The position numbers and the translations under genes were made by a program. The notes beneath the pieces are model-generated. The model saw only the letters and a program-made list of their open reading frames with translations, was not told the origin of the DNA and made no database searches. A stretch of DNA of 64,000 bases from Minisyncoccota bacterium (GTDB lineage: Bacteria > Patescibacteriota > Minisyncoccia > UBA6257): positions 67,503 through 131,502 of the forward strand of contig JAQVJU010000002.1 in the NCBI GenBank assembly GCA_028694995.1, in the 5' to 3' direction. Positions 48,477 to 58,579 of this stretch are shown one piece after another. Position 1 is the stretch's first letter, and every line of letters begins with the position of its first letter.

Positions 48477-48611
48477 AAGTCAAGCATTAAATACCTTTAA
48501 AAAACACTTATAAGTTCAATTAAAGCTTAAGACACTTTTCGCTTAAATAAAGGTTTAATCCTTTTTTTATCATTTCCCAACTTATATAATATCCCCATAT
48601 TATCCACAAAT

Positions 48612-48645
48612 AAAAAAAGAGCTCATTTAAGAGCTCTTTTCTTTT
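48612..48645 (-). terminator. rho-independent terminator downstream of RRM protein gene
   Basis: AAGAGCTC-attta-GAGCTCTT followed by U-run on minus strand. Confidence 0.6.
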
Positions 48646-48657
48646 AAAGAAAAACTT

Positions 48658-48918
48658 TTAAAAGCTTTTCTTCATTGGCCTAGCTTCATCTACGATAAGA
48701 GTTCTTCCATCTAGTTCTTTTCCATTTAATGTCTCCACGGCTTTTTTAGCCTCTTCTTCTGAAGACATTTCTACAAAACCAAATCCTTTGGATCTGCCTG
48801 ACATTTTATCAGTGATAATAACTGCAGAAGTAACGGTTCCAGCCTGAGAAAAAAATTCTCTAAGACCATCTTCGTTTGTATCGTAAGAAAGACTGCCTAT
48901 ATATAGCTTATTGCTCAT
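48658..48918 (-). CDS. RNA-binding protein (single RRM domain)
   Basis: RNP2 'LYIGSL', RNP1 'KGFGFVEM'. Confidence 0.85.
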   Translation of the reverse strand: MSNKLYIGSLSYDTNEDGLREFFSQAGTVTSAVIITDKMSGRSKGFGFVEMSSEEEAKKAVETLNGKELDGRTLIVDEARPMKKSF

Positions 48919-49126
48919 CTTTTACGTTTACCCGTTAAATTAACTTAACGAAATTATTTAATTTACGACCTACCCCCTTAGCTATAGCCTGACAGTATCT
49001 TTCTTACCGTTTAGCACTTAATTATAGGATAAGAGAGTTAAGCTCTCTTTTTCTTATTATCTAAGAAAAAAGCTTATGGATATATACTACTCGCCTAAGA
49101 GCTTTTTGTCAAATAGAAAAATTCAA

Positions 49127-49882
49127 TTAAAATATTTCTATTCCTACTGGACAATGATCAGAACCCATTATTTTATCAAGAATAAAAGCATTTTTTATCT
49201 CTGGAACTAAAGGTTCTGAGATAAAGATATAATCTATTCTCCAACCCAGGTTTCTTTCTCTGGCTTTGGCAAAATAAGGCCACCAGGTATAATTATTTCC
49301 TTGTTGATGAAAGATTCTAAAACTATCTTCAAAACCCAATTGAATAATCTTATCTATTTGTTTTCTTTCATCTTCTGTAAACATTATACTGTTCTTGTTT
49401 TCTTCTGGTCTGGCTAAATCAATTTCCTGATGAGCAATATTAAAATCTCCAGTTAGAATAACTTTTTTGTTTTTAATTGTTTTCAAAAACTTTAAAAGAT
49501 GATTATAAACTTCTAATTTATACCCTAAGTTTTCTTTTTGTCTGCCACCATGAGGCAGATAAAGATTAATTAAAATAAAATCAGAATATTCTAATTTTAA
49601 AATCCTCCCTTCTTGGTCAAATTGTTCAAAGCCTAATTTAGAATCAACCTGCTTGGGTTTTTCTTTAGAATAAACGCCAACACCAGCATAACCTTTCTTT
49701 TCAGCTGGATTAAGGTATAAAGCATAATCATCAACTTCTATTAATTCTATTGGTAATTCTTCTCTTAGCACTCTTGTTTCCTGCAAGCAAACAATATCTG
49801 CATCAGCCATTTCTAGCCATTGCAAAAACCCTTTTTTATGAATAGCTCTTAAGCCATTAACATTCCAACAAAGAATTCTCAT
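49127..49882 (-). CDS. xth: exodeoxyribonuclease III
   Basis: 'MRILCWNVNGLRA', 'CLQET', 'GDFNIAH', 'SDHCPV' EEP nuclease motifs. Confidence 0.85.
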   Translation of the reverse strand: MRILCWNVNGLRAIHKKGFLQWLEMADADIVCLQETRVLREELPIELIEVDDYALYLNPAEKKGYAGVGVYSKEKPKQVDSKLGFEQFDQEGRILKLEYSDFILINLYLPHGGRQKENLGYKLEVYNHLLKFLKTIKNKKVILTGDFNIAHQEIDLARPEENKNSIMFTEDERKQIDKIIQLGFEDSFRIFHQQGNNYTWWPYFAKARERNLGWRIDYIFISEPLVPEIKNAFILDKIMGSDHCPVGIEIF

Positions 49883-49906
49883 AATTAAAAATGTTAATAA
49901 ATTTTC

Positions 49907-49930
49907 AAAAACCGCTCAAAAGCGGTTTTA
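49907..49930 (-). terminator. rho-independent terminator after mscS
   Basis: AAACCGCT-caaa-AGCGGTTT, U-run on minus strand. Confidence 0.5.
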
Positions 49931-49936
49931 TAGTAA

Positions 49937-50806
49937 TCATTTCCCCTTTACTTGATGAACAACTACCTGAGGCAAAGGAATCTTTATTTTCTCTTTATCA
50001 AAAGCAATTTTAATTCTCTTTCTTAATTCTCCAGTAACCGCCCATTGTTTTAAGCTTCTTGTTTCGCCAACAATCTTAACTATAATCGCAGATTCTCCAA
50101 AATTATTCACTCGTAAAAACTGAGGGGTTTTTAAAATTTTATCTGCCCATTCTGGATCTTTAGCTAAATCTTCACCAACCTTATCAATAACCTTAATAAC
50201 CTTTTCAAGATTGCAATCATAAGGCACCCGAACATCTAGATTAATCCTAGCAAAATACTTAGAAAGGTTTGAAACTTTTTTTATTTCTCCATGGGGAATA
50301 TGATGGACTACACCATCTAAATCTCTTAGAGTGGTCATCCGCATAGATATATCTTCCACACTTCCGCAAGTGCCATCAAAACAAACCACATCTCCAATCC
50401 TGTATTGATTTTCCGCAATGATAAAAAATCCTGTAATTAAATCCCGAATAAGATACTGACCACCAAATCCTAAAGCCAAGCCTGCTATTCCTGCTGCTGC
50501 TAACAAAGGACCAATGGCAATACCTATTTCTTCCAAGATAATAGCCACAGCAATAATAAAAACCAAAACATCTAATAATGAAGAAAGAACACGGATTAAA
50601 GTATCTTCTCTTTTCTTTTCTGATTCTTTTTCTTTTTTAGAAGCAGAATCAATAACAATAACCCTCCTGATAATCCTTGCCATGAGAATCTTTCCAAATT
50701 TCCTCAAAATCAAAGCGAGAACAATGGTCGCTAAAATATTTGGCCCATGGCCAGTAATCCAAGGAATAATAATATTGTGTATAATTTCTGATAACATAAT
50801 ATTCAT
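49937..50806 (-). CDS. mscS: small-conductance mechanosensitive channel MscS family
   Basis: 3 TM + 'RIGDVV..GTCGSVEDISMRMTTLRDLDG' beta domain. Confidence 0.8.
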   Translation of the reverse strand: MNIMLSEIIHNIIIPWITGHGPNILATIVLALILRKFGKILMARIIRRVIVIDSASKKEKESEKKREDTLIRVLSSLLDVLVFIIAVAIILEEIGIAIGPLLAAAGIAGLALGFGGQYLIRDLITGFFIIAENQYRIGDVVCFDGTCGSVEDISMRMTTLRDLDGVVHHIPHGEIKKVSNLSKYFARINLDVRVPYDCNLEKVIKVIDKVGEDLAKDPEWADKILKTPQFLRVNNFGESAIIVKIVGETRSLKQWAVTGELRKRIKIAFDKEKIKIPLPQVVVHQVKGK

Positions 50807-50848
50807 TTAATTAATTATAACAAAAGAATTATCAAAATCAAAAAGAAT

Positions 50849-52051
50849 CTAGATCTCACAATAATATTCACCAAACATATTTTTAACCTTCCAAGGCCTG
50901 CCTTCTTTAATAAATAACTTGGCCACCCTGGCTTTATCAGTATAATGTAAAACTTCTTCACCTATGGTATTTAATTTTTCACCAATATCTTCTATTGCTA
51001 TCTTAAGCTTTTTTGGCGCTTGTGCTCCCCAAAGAATCACTTCATCTCCTATCTTTACTTGATTAATATTAGTAATATCCACCATTAATTGATCCATGCA
51101 AACCCTACCTATAATTAGCGCTAATTTGCCTCTAATTAATACCTGACCTGAATTAGATAATAATCGTGAATATCCATCTGCATATCCCACAGGAAGAGTG
51201 GCAACAATAATATCTTTTTTTGCTTGATAGGTATTGCCATATCCAATAAAACTACCTGCCTTAATTTTTTTAATAAAAAACACTCGGGTTTTAAAAGTTA
51301 ATGCTGGAATTAAATTAATTTTTTTATCAATGTCTACAGAAGGATACAAGCCATATAAAATACATCCTGGACGCACCATATCTAACCAAGTTTCTGGTAA
51401 ATCTAATATGGCCCCACTATTAGCTGCATGAGAACAAAATGCGCTAGGTTTATTAAGACTACTGAATAAATCCTCTACTTCTTTAAAAAGTTGAAATTGA
51501 TAAAATGTATAATCTTTATTGCTTTCATCAGCTGTTGAAAAATGAGTAAATAATCCTATAATTTCAATATTATGTAATTTTTTTAATTTAGAAAAAAAAG
51601 CTTTTGCCTCAAAAGGTTTTATACCTAAACGCCCCATTCCTGTATCTATTTTCAAATGTGCTTTTATTTTTTGGTTAAATTTCTTAGCAATTTTATTAAT
51701 CTTATTAGCGCTATCAATATCACCAATAGTGGCCATTATCTGATAATCCAAATACAGTTTTATTTGTTCTTCTAAAACTGCTCCCAAAACCAATATTGGG
51801 GCCTTAATATTATTTTTTCTTAATATAATTGCCTCCTCTATTCTGGCAACTCCAAGTTGATCAACACCATTTTCTAAAATGATTCTTGATACTTCTATAG
51901 CATCATGTCCATAACCATTGCCTTTGACAATACCCATAATCCTTACTTGCTTTCCAATTAATTCTTTTATGCTTTGTGTATTATGTTTTATTGCATCTAA
52001 ATCTATTTCCAACCATGAAAACCCTAATGTTTTTACTATTTTTTGATTCAT
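50849..52051 (-). CDS. alr: alanine racemase
   Basis: PLP-Lys region 'MGIVKGNGYGHDA', C-terminal 'SMDQLMVD' motif. Confidence 0.85.
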   Translation of the reverse strand: MNQKIVKTLGFSWLEIDLDAIKHNTQSIKELIGKQVRIMGIVKGNGYGHDAIEVSRIILENGVDQLGVARIEEAIILRKNNIKAPILVLGAVLEEQIKLYLDYQIMATIGDIDSANKINKIAKKFNQKIKAHLKIDTGMGRLGIKPFEAKAFFSKLKKLHNIEIIGLFTHFSTADESNKDYTFYQFQLFKEVEDLFSSLNKPSAFCSHAANSGAILDLPETWLDMVRPGCILYGLYPSVDIDKKINLIPALTFKTRVFFIKKIKAGSFIGYGNTYQAKKDIIVATLPVGYADGYSRLLSNSGQVLIRGKLALIIGRVCMDQLMVDITNINQVKIGDEVILWGAQAPKKLKIAIEDIGEKLNTIGEEVLHYTDKARVAKLFIKEGRPWKVKNMFGEYYCEI

Positions 52052-52125
52052 TTTACCTAATGAGAAATAAATTTGTATTTATTATTATAACTTACCCAAT
52101 TCTTTATATCAAAATTAGATTTTAA

Positions 52126-52154
52126 AAGGCGCTATATTTTAGCGCCTTTTTTAA
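52126..52154. terminator. rho-independent terminator between alr and sigma factor gene
   Basis: AAGGCGCT-atatttt-AGCGCCTT + T-run. Confidence 0.5.
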
Positions 52155-52167
52155 ATTTGCCCTCCTT

Positions 52168-53094
52168 TTAAAACAAGTCAAAGTATAATTCTAAATTCTT
52201 CTTGCAACAAACCTTGTATAGTTTTTTCAAAATTTCTTCTTGGATTTGACGAATTCTTTCCCGAGTCAGCCCAAAATAGTTTCCAATTTCTTGAAGGGTA
52301 TAAATTCTCCCTTCAAAGAATCCGCACCTGGCCATAATTATAATCTTTTCTTTTTTAGTTAAATATGTATTAAATATTTTCCTTATCTCTTCTCTTAATT
52401 CTTTTTCTTCTATCTGCGCTATCACAGATTGTTCTTGTTCAGCTATAACATCTAATAGCCCTTCCCTGTCTCTTAGCTTCAGGTCCTGCTCTAAAGAAGG
52501 ATTATAAAATCCAATATCAAAAGATCTTATTAGCGCAGAACTAACTCCATCCTTTCCTTTCTTAATTGTATGCACCTCTTTATGACTCATTCCCATCATT
52601 CTTCCTACTTCTTGATCCGTGGGAATATATCCTTCTGAATGGATAATTTCCTCTTTTTTCTTGTTAAGCTTCATGATTTTCTCTCTTAAGGAAAGAGGGA
52701 TTCTGATTGTTTGAGAACTATTGCCTATGCCTCTCAGAATATAATGCCTAATCCACCAAGTAGCATAGGTAGAAAAAGCAAACCCTTTTTTCCATTTATA
52801 ACGGTTTATAGCTTCTTCCAAACCCAATAACCCTTCCTGAACTAAATCCTCATAATCCAAGCTTCCTAGAAGATTTCTAGGACAGATGATTGCAAAACGA
52901 CTTGCTGTTTTAAAAACAAGCCTTCTGTTCATTTCCCAGAGATAATTCCTTATTTCTGCTGCTTCTCTTTTGTTTCTTTTTTCCAATGCCTCCTTTTTCT
53001 GAAATAATTTCAAGGTTTCCTCACGAGTTAGGATTTTGTAATCCTTGGAGTAAAAATTACCCTGATTTTTGTTTTGTAAAAGAACAGTATTCAT
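52168..53094 (-). CDS. RNA polymerase sigma factor, sigma-70 family (regions 2-4, 308 aa)
   Basis: region 2 'LVQEGLLGLEEAINRYKWKKGFAFSTYATWWIRHYI', region 4 'YTLQEIGNYFGLTRERIRQIQEEILKKL'. Confidence 0.8.
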   Translation of the reverse strand: MNTVLLQNKNQGNFYSKDYKILTREETLKLFQKKEALEKRNKREAAEIRNYLWEMNRRLVFKTASRFAIICPRNLLGSLDYEDLVQEGLLGLEEAINRYKWKKGFAFSTYATWWIRHYILRGIGNSSQTIRIPLSLREKIMKLNKKKEEIIHSEGYIPTDQEVGRMMGMSHKEVHTIKKGKDGVSSALIRSFDIGFYNPSLEQDLKLRDREGLLDVIAEQEQSVIAQIEEKELREEIRKIFNTYLTKKEKIIIMARCGFFEGRIYTLQEIGNYFGLTRERIRQIQEEILKKLYKVCCKKNLELYFDLF

Positions 53095-53183
53095 TAGAAT
53101 ATTCCTCCTTTTAGTTTCTAATGATTTATTTAAAATAATAACACTTTTATCTTAAAATGTAAATAGTTGAAAAAGAAATTACT

Positions 53184-53579
53184 TTATCCTTCTTTAATAG
53201 ATTTTGGCACAACTAAACCTGTATTTGGATCTAAATCACAAATCGCTGTTATCTTTTTTATAAATTGATCCATGGTTGCTATAGCAGTAATGGTAATCTC
53301 ATTTCCTTGTTTATTAATACTTATCCCAACATCATTATCTTTATAAATACTTAGATGATAAAATCCGAGAAAATCTTTCTTCCTTTCCAATCTTATTAAA
53401 GCATCTTGAATCCCTGAGTATGCACTATAATAAGCGCTTAAGCTTTTTTGATTAGCATTTACATTTTGAATACTCCAATAGGTTAAAACTGCCGTTGATA
53501 AACTAATGATAAATACAAGAGAGCCGAGTGAAATAACGGTAATTAATGCAGCCACACCTTTTAATTTTCTCTTTTTCAT
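53184..53579 (-). CDS. hypothetical exported/membrane-anchored protein
   Basis: N-terminal hydrophobic segment; no motif. Confidence 0.3.
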   Translation of the reverse strand: MKKRKLKGVAALITVISLGSLVFIISLSTAVLTYWSIQNVNANQKSLSAYYSAYSGIQDALIRLERKKDFLGFYHLSIYKDNDVGISINKQGNEITITAIATMDQFIKKITAICDLDPNTGLVVPKSIKEG

Positions 53580-53632
53580 ACCCTATCCTTTATTTTACAT
53601 ATTATAACACAAAACCTTAGCAATCATATTTC

Positions 53633-53824
53633 CTAATCATTAAGAAATAATTTATCTATATTTGTTTTTAAAACTCTAGCTATATTCATAGCTAATTTTA
53701 AAGAAGGATTGTATTTTCCTTGTTCTAAAAAAACAATGGTTTCTCGTCTGACCTTTACTTGATTTGCTAATTCTTCCTGAGTCAAATTAAACTTTTGTCT
53801 GAATTCCTTAATCCTGTTTTTCAT
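53633..53824 (-). CDS. XRE-family HTH transcriptional regulator (63 aa)
   Basis: '[40 protein letters not shown]'. Confidence 0.7.
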   Translation of the reverse strand: MKNRIKEFRQKFNLTQEELANQVKVRRETIVFLEQGKYNPSLKLAMNIARVLKTNIDKLFLND

Positions 53825-53825
53825 T

Positions 53826-54212
53826 TTAATTGTCTTTTTTACTTAAATACTTGAACAATAAAACATATAAAAACATTAAGAAACAAACGCTAAGAGCTAA
53901 ATATTGACCTAAGAGATATAAAAAACCTTGTCCTTTAGGTATTGCCATTAAAATAAAAGCCCCTAGAATGCCTATCCAGCTATAAATTTGAATTGTGTAG
54001 TAAGACGCTTTTCCAGCAACATGATAATCTCTTTCATCTGCTAAAACTTGTTCAGATTGAACTTGCGTATAGCAATAATACATTGCTATTCCAGCGATGA
54101 GCGTAAAAATAATAGGTAAATAATAGTTTTGTAAACTAACTGAAGCGCTAATCAATATTGAAAGCAGCATAACAATTATTAAACGATAAATTTTGTATTT
54201 TTTTAATGTCAT
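53826..54212 (-). CDS. small membrane protein (DUF2178-like partner of HTH regulator)
   Basis: 4 TM, 2-nt spacing from downstream HTH gene; family call by arrangement only. Confidence 0.4.
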   Translation of the reverse strand: MTLKKYKIYRLIIVMLLSILISASVSLQNYYLPIIFTLIAGIAMYYCYTQVQSEQVLADERDYHVAGKASYYTIQIYSWIGILGAFILMAIPKGQGFLYLLGQYLALSVCFLMFLYVLLFKYLSKKDN

Positions 54213-54329
54213 TTTGTTGTTTTATTATTAATTTTATCTATCTTAATGTTATATTATTCTAACATCAAAGTCAAGATTAATAAAACAAAAACGAGCTTAG
54301 AATTAAGCCCGTTTTTATTCTTATTGTTT

Positions 54330-55007
54330 CTATTTGCCTAGCTTCTTATAGCACAACCACCAATCATAACATTCAAATTCCCCTTTTTTACTTCTTTCTA
54401 ATCTTTCTTTTGCTGCTTGAACATCAGTTGCTGGAGGAATAATTACTTGATCATCAATGATTTCATTTTCTGGCCAATTAGCTGGCATAGCTACCTTGTG
54501 TTTATCAGCGATTTGCATGGCTTTAACCACACGAACAATCTCATCTATATTACGACCTAATTCTTGAGGATAATACAGTATTATTCTAATCTTACCTTCA
54601 CTATCCACTACAAAAACCGCTCTCACAGTATTAGTGCCTTTTCCAGGATGAACTAAACCTAATTTATCAGCTACCTGTCCTGTATCAGCAATAATGGGAA
54701 AAGTAATCTCCACATCTAATTTTTCTTGAATCCATTCTTCCCATTTGATATGGGAAAAAACCTGATCCACGCTCATGCCTATTAATTCACAATTCAATTC
54801 TTTAAATTGTTCATATCTTTTTTGAAAAGCCACAAATTCTGTTGTGCAAACAGGCGTAAAATCTGCTGGATGGCTAAAAAGAACAAACCATTTACCCGAA
54901 AGATCATGAGGCAACTTCATTGTGCCTCTAGTAGTTACCACTTCCATTTCTGGAAATTTATCACCTAATAAAGGCATACTTTTTTGTTTTTCTAAGTTAT
55001 TATCCAT
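54330..55007 (-). CDS. peroxiredoxin (1-Cys Prx/Prx6-like)
   Basis: '[17 protein letters not shown]' peroxidatic Cys motif. Confidence 0.85.
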   Translation of the reverse strand: MDNNLEKQKSMPLLGDKFPEMEVVTTRGTMKLPHDLSGKWFVLFSHPADFTPVCTTEFVAFQKRYEQFKELNCELIGMSVDQVFSHIKWEEWIQEKLDVEITFPIIADTGQVADKLGLVHPGKGTNTVRAVFVVDSEGKIRIILYYPQELGRNIDEIVRVVKAMQIADKHKVAMPANWPENEIIDDQVIIPPATDVQAAKERLERSKKGEFECYDWWLCYKKLGK

Positions 55008-55139
55008 TTTTAATTTAAAATTAATGTTTAATAACGACCCTTATCGATAAATATCGATAATATTTAATAAGGATACCAGAAATGGTTTTTTTATCAAGCT
55101 ACTTATTCTATCTTTTAGATTGCATTTTTCAAACAATTA

Positions 55140-55496
55140 TTGTATAATCTCAACAAAGAATATTTAACTAAATCTATGTTTAAACCTAATTTTGAAAATA
55201 TACCTGAAAAAGGAATGGCCTTAAATAATAATGAACAGGAAGCACCAATAAATCCAGAAATAGATAAAACATCAGAAACAGAACAACAATCAGAAAATCA
55301 AACAAACCTCATTAATTTAAATATCGGTGATGAGTTTTTAATCCCAGAAACAAATATTGAATACAAAGTTTTAGTAAAATACGCAAAAGACAGAATCACC
55401 GCCAGAGAAAAAGGAACAGCAAATATCACTACTTTTAACGGAGAATTAAAAGTTATCCCTATTTCAACAAAAAAACAAGAAAAACCTGAAGAATAG
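55140..55496 (+). CDS. hypothetical protein
   Basis: 118-aa ORF followed by terminator; no motif. Confidence 0.35.
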   Translation: MYNLNKEYLTKSMFKPNFENIPEKGMALNNNEQEAPINPEIDKTSETEQQSENQTNLINLNIGDEFLIPETNIEYKVLVKYAKDRITAREKGTANITTFNGELKVIPISTKKQEKPEE

Positions 55497-55515
55497 ATTT
55501 TAATTATTTATTATT

Positions 55516-55545
55516 AAAAACCGCCCAAAGGCGGTTTTAATTTTT
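55516..55545. terminator. bidirectional rho-independent terminator
   Basis: AAAACCGCC-caaa-GGCGGTTTT-aattttt. Confidence 0.55.
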
Positions 55546-55547
55546 AT

Positions 55548-55847
55548 CTAACCTTTCTTATCAAGCTTATCCAGTTTCAACCATTTAAACCCAAAATACA
55601 CAACAAAAGCAATTATGAGAAAATCTATAATCACACTGATAAAATCCCCGTATAGGATTTGAGCTGAACCAAGATTAAAACTTGCTGTTTTTAAACCTTC
55701 AGCCACACCAAGAACCAAACCAAGAATTGGATTAATGATATCAGTAACCAAGGCTGAAACAACCTTAGAAACTGCGCCGCCAAGGATAAACCCTATTGCT
55801 AACCCAATCACTCCTTGTTTGCGAATAAAATCTATAAATCCTTCCAT
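55548..55847 (-). CDS. mscL: large-conductance mechanosensitive channel
   Basis: 'FIDFIRKQGVIGLAIGFILGGAVSKVVSALVTDIINPI'. Confidence 0.9.
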   Translation of the reverse strand: MEGFIDFIRKQGVIGLAIGFILGGAVSKVVSALVTDIINPILGLVLGVAEGLKTASFNLGSAQILYGDFISVIIDFLIIAFVVYFGFKWLKLDKLDKKG

Positions 55848-58543
55848 ATTTTTAATTTTTTAATTACGACCTTTTGATTGTTTGTTATAAAATATTTCTG
55901 TTTATAAAACTCAATTAATAAAATCTCTATAAAACTAAAACATAGTATCACTATCCAGGCGCTAACACCTAAGGGTTGAGTGGCTAAGATTTTCTGCAAA
56001 GGCGGAACATAAATGGCAACTAAGATTAAAAAGAGAGCAATGATTACGGCACCAGTTAAATACCAATTAGAAAATATGTCTTTTCTAAACATGGTTTTCT
56101 TTAAAGAACGAATACTAAAGATAAGAAGTAAAGGATCTAAGCATAATAAAACAAAAGTCATTGTTTGAGCCAAACCCAAATCTCCTGTAAATTTCCATAA
56201 GGCAAAGAAAAAGAAAAAAGCCGCTAAGCCAGAAATGAAAAACAAAGAAATCATCCATTTTTTCATTGGTTTGTTTAACATAGATTCTTTAGGATCTCTT
56301 GGTTTTTCTTCCATCATTCCTTCAATCTCCTGCTCTGCTGTTAAGGCAATATCTGGAAAACCATTAACCACCAAATTAATCCAAAGAATTTGAGCTGGAA
56401 TTAAAGGCAAAGGCAACCCCACTATCATGCAACCTAAAAATAAAACTAATTCAGCAAAATCATCTGATACCATATAAATAAAAAGCTTACGAATATTTTG
56501 AAAAATCACCCTACCCTGTTCAATAGCTTTTAAAATTGTCTTAAAGTTATCATCAATTAAGACCAGGTCAGCGACTTCTTTTGCCACATCAGTGCCTGAA
56601 CCAACAGCAACTCCAATATCTGCTGTTTTTAATGCTGGGGCATCATTTACTCCGTCGCCAAACATAGCCACTACCTCATCATTGTATTGTAAAGCCCTGA
56701 CAATACGAAGCTTATGATAAGGCGAAACCCGAGCATAAATTGTCACATATTTAGATTTCTCTCTTAATTCCTCATCACTCATTGTTTCTAATTCTTTTCC
56801 CTCTATTATCTTATCTTCAGTGGCTTCAATGCCTATCTCTTCAGCAATGGTTTTTGCTGTTAATTTATGATCTCCAGTTACAATCACTGTCCGAATACCT
56901 GCTTTTTTAGTAATGAAGATAGATTCTTTTGCATCTTGGCGAAGAGGATCTTTTAAAGCTATAAAACCAACCAAAGACAAACCATCAACTAAATCTATTA
57001 AGTTTTTGTATTCTGTTTGAGCATCATAATTCCTATAAGCGCAAGCAAGCACTCGCAATCCTTTTTTAGTCAAAGTTTCCAACTTATCAATTAATTTATT
57101 AGCCTCTTCTGTGCCTAATTTTACTTTTCTTCCATCAATATCTAAATTAAATGAACGGGCAATAATTTCTTCTGGGGCGCCAACAACATAAAGAGCGCTT
57201 TTGTTTTTTTCTATCCTATGAAAAGTAGCTGTAAATTTATTTTCTGATTCAAAACTGATTCTATCCATTATTGGATATTGTTTTTCAAGTTTCTTTTTAT
57301 TCAAACCCAAATGCATTCCTGCTAATAGTAAAGCGGTTTCTGTTGACCTCCCTCTAACTATCCATTGTTCTAATTCTTCTTCTGGATTTTCCACATAAGA
57401 ATCATTAGCCAAAGTAGCAATCTTTAAGGCTAAGATATAAGATTCAGCGCCTTCAATATTTTCATCTTTAATAAATTCATCAAAATCATTACCCATTAAT
57501 TCCTTACTACTAGTTAATACATGACTAACTTGCATCTTACCTTCAGTTAAAGTTCCTGTTTTATCAGTACAAATAACTGTTACCCCACCCAGAGTTTCAG
57601 CGGCTACTAATCTTTTAACCAAACCATTTTGATTAAATATCCGCCTCATTCCTAAAACCAAAACCACAGTAATTGCTGGAGGCAATCCTTCTGGTATTGC
57701 TGAGACTGCCAAAGCCAAAGCAGCTACAAATATATCAGTAAAAGGTTTCCCAGTTAAAACACCAACAACAACAATTACAAAAATAACAGAAAGAATAAAC
57801 ACACCAGCTATCTTTGCTAATGAATTAATCTGTCGTTGAAAAGGCGTATATCGTTCTTTAGTTTCTTTTAAAAGAGCCACTATCTTACCCATTTCTGTAT
57901 TAATGCCTGTGGCTACAATTATTACTAAAGCCCGTCCTTCTTCCACTATCGTCCCCATAAAAACCATATTGGTTCTTTCTGAAACAGGAGTATTTTTATG
58001 TAGATTATCAACTGTTTGTTTATCAACTGCTTGTGATTCTCCAGTCAAACTGGCCTCATTCATTTTCAATCTCTTTGATTTTATTATCCGCCCATCTGCA
58101 GGCACTCTATCCCCTGTCCTGAGGATAATCACATCACCAACCACTAACCTTTCACTGTCAATTTCTCTCTCATTGCTATTTCTAAAAACCCTGGCCTTGA
58201 TTTTCATCATTTTTTTTAAAAGAGACAATGATTCATTGGCCTTATATTCCTGATAAAAACCAATGGTGGTATTAATCATCAAAACAATAATAATAAAAAC
58301 AGAATCAAAGTAGTGCTTTAAGAAAAAAGAAATCAAAACTATAATCAACAAAAAGTAGATTAAAGGATTATTAAACTGACTGAAAAACAACTGTATTTTT
58401 GAATAAGGTTTTTCTTGAGGTAAAAGATTAGGTCCATCTTTTTTAAGACGACGGGCAGCTTCTTTTTTTGTTAACCCTGTTTCCTTGCTTCTAGTCTCAA
58501 AAAAAACATCAGCAATGGATTTTGAATGCCATTTTTTACTCAT
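55832..58543 (-). CDS. P-type ATPase, cation-transporting (P2-type, Ca/Mg-like)
   Basis: 'ICTDKTGTLTEG' phosphorylation site, 'VTGDHKLTA', 'MFGDGVNDAPALK'. Confidence 0.9.
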   Translation of the reverse strand: MSKKWHSKSIADVFFETRSKETGLTKKEAARRLKKDGPNLLPQEKPYSKIQLFFSQFNNPLIYFLLIIVLISFFLKHYFDSVFIIIVLMINTTIGFYQEYKANESLSLLKKMMKIKARVFRNSNEREIDSERLVVGDVIILRTGDRVPADGRIIKSKRLKMNEASLTGESQAVDKQTVDNLHKNTPVSERTNMVFMGTIVEEGRALVIIVATGINTEMGKIVALLKETKERYTPFQRQINSLAKIAGVFILSVIFVIVVVGVLTGKPFTDIFVAALALAVSAIPEGLPPAITVVLVLGMRRIFNQNGLVKRLVAAETLGGVTVICTDKTGTLTEGKMQVSHVLTSSKELMGNDFDEFIKDENIEGAESYILALKIATLANDSYVENPEEELEQWIVRGRSTETALLLAGMHLGLNKKKLEKQYPIMDRISFESENKFTATFHRIEKNKSALYVVGAPEEIIARSFNLDIDGRKVKLGTEEANKLIDKLETLTKKGLRVLACAYRNYDAQTEYKNLIDLVDGLSLVGFIALKDPLRQDAKESIFITKKAGIRTVIVTGDHKLTAKTIAEEIGIEATEDKIIEGKELETMSDEELREKSKYVTIYARVSPYHKLRIVRALQYNDEVVAMFGDGVNDAPALKTADIGVAVGSGTDVAKEVADLVLIDDNFKTILKAIEQGRVIFQNIRKLFIYMVSDDFAELVLFLGCMIVGLPLPLIPAQILWINLVVNGFPDIALTAEQEIEGMMEEKPRDPKESMLNKPMKKWMISLFFISGLAAFFFFFALWKFTGDLGLAQTMTFVLLCLDPLLLIFSIRSLKKTMFRKDIFSNWYLTGAVIIALFLILVAIYVPPLQKILATQPLGVSAWIVILCFSFIEILLIEFYKQKYFITNNQKVVIKKLKIWKDL

Positions 58544-58579
58544 GAATCTATTTTATCAAAAAATCATTTTTTTATACAA

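Noticed and set aside
48427-48608. Chromosomal replication origin (oriC) suggested by two perfect TTATCCACA DnaA boxes
   Set aside because: There are only 2-3 boxes, no adjacent dnaA/dnaN, and no AT-rich DUE with 13-mer repeats was identified. The boxes coincide with the GTGG repeats expected for MraZ autoregulation directly upstream of mraZ. They are kept as a regulatory observation instead.
49030-49062. Hairpin AAGAGAG-ttaagc-TCTCTT-TTTCTT read as a terminator
   Set aside because: Its T-run is on the plus strand where no gene ends. On the minus strand it lies in the leader of the RRM-protein gene without a U-run. It is more likely a 5'-UTR structure than a terminator, so it is not called.
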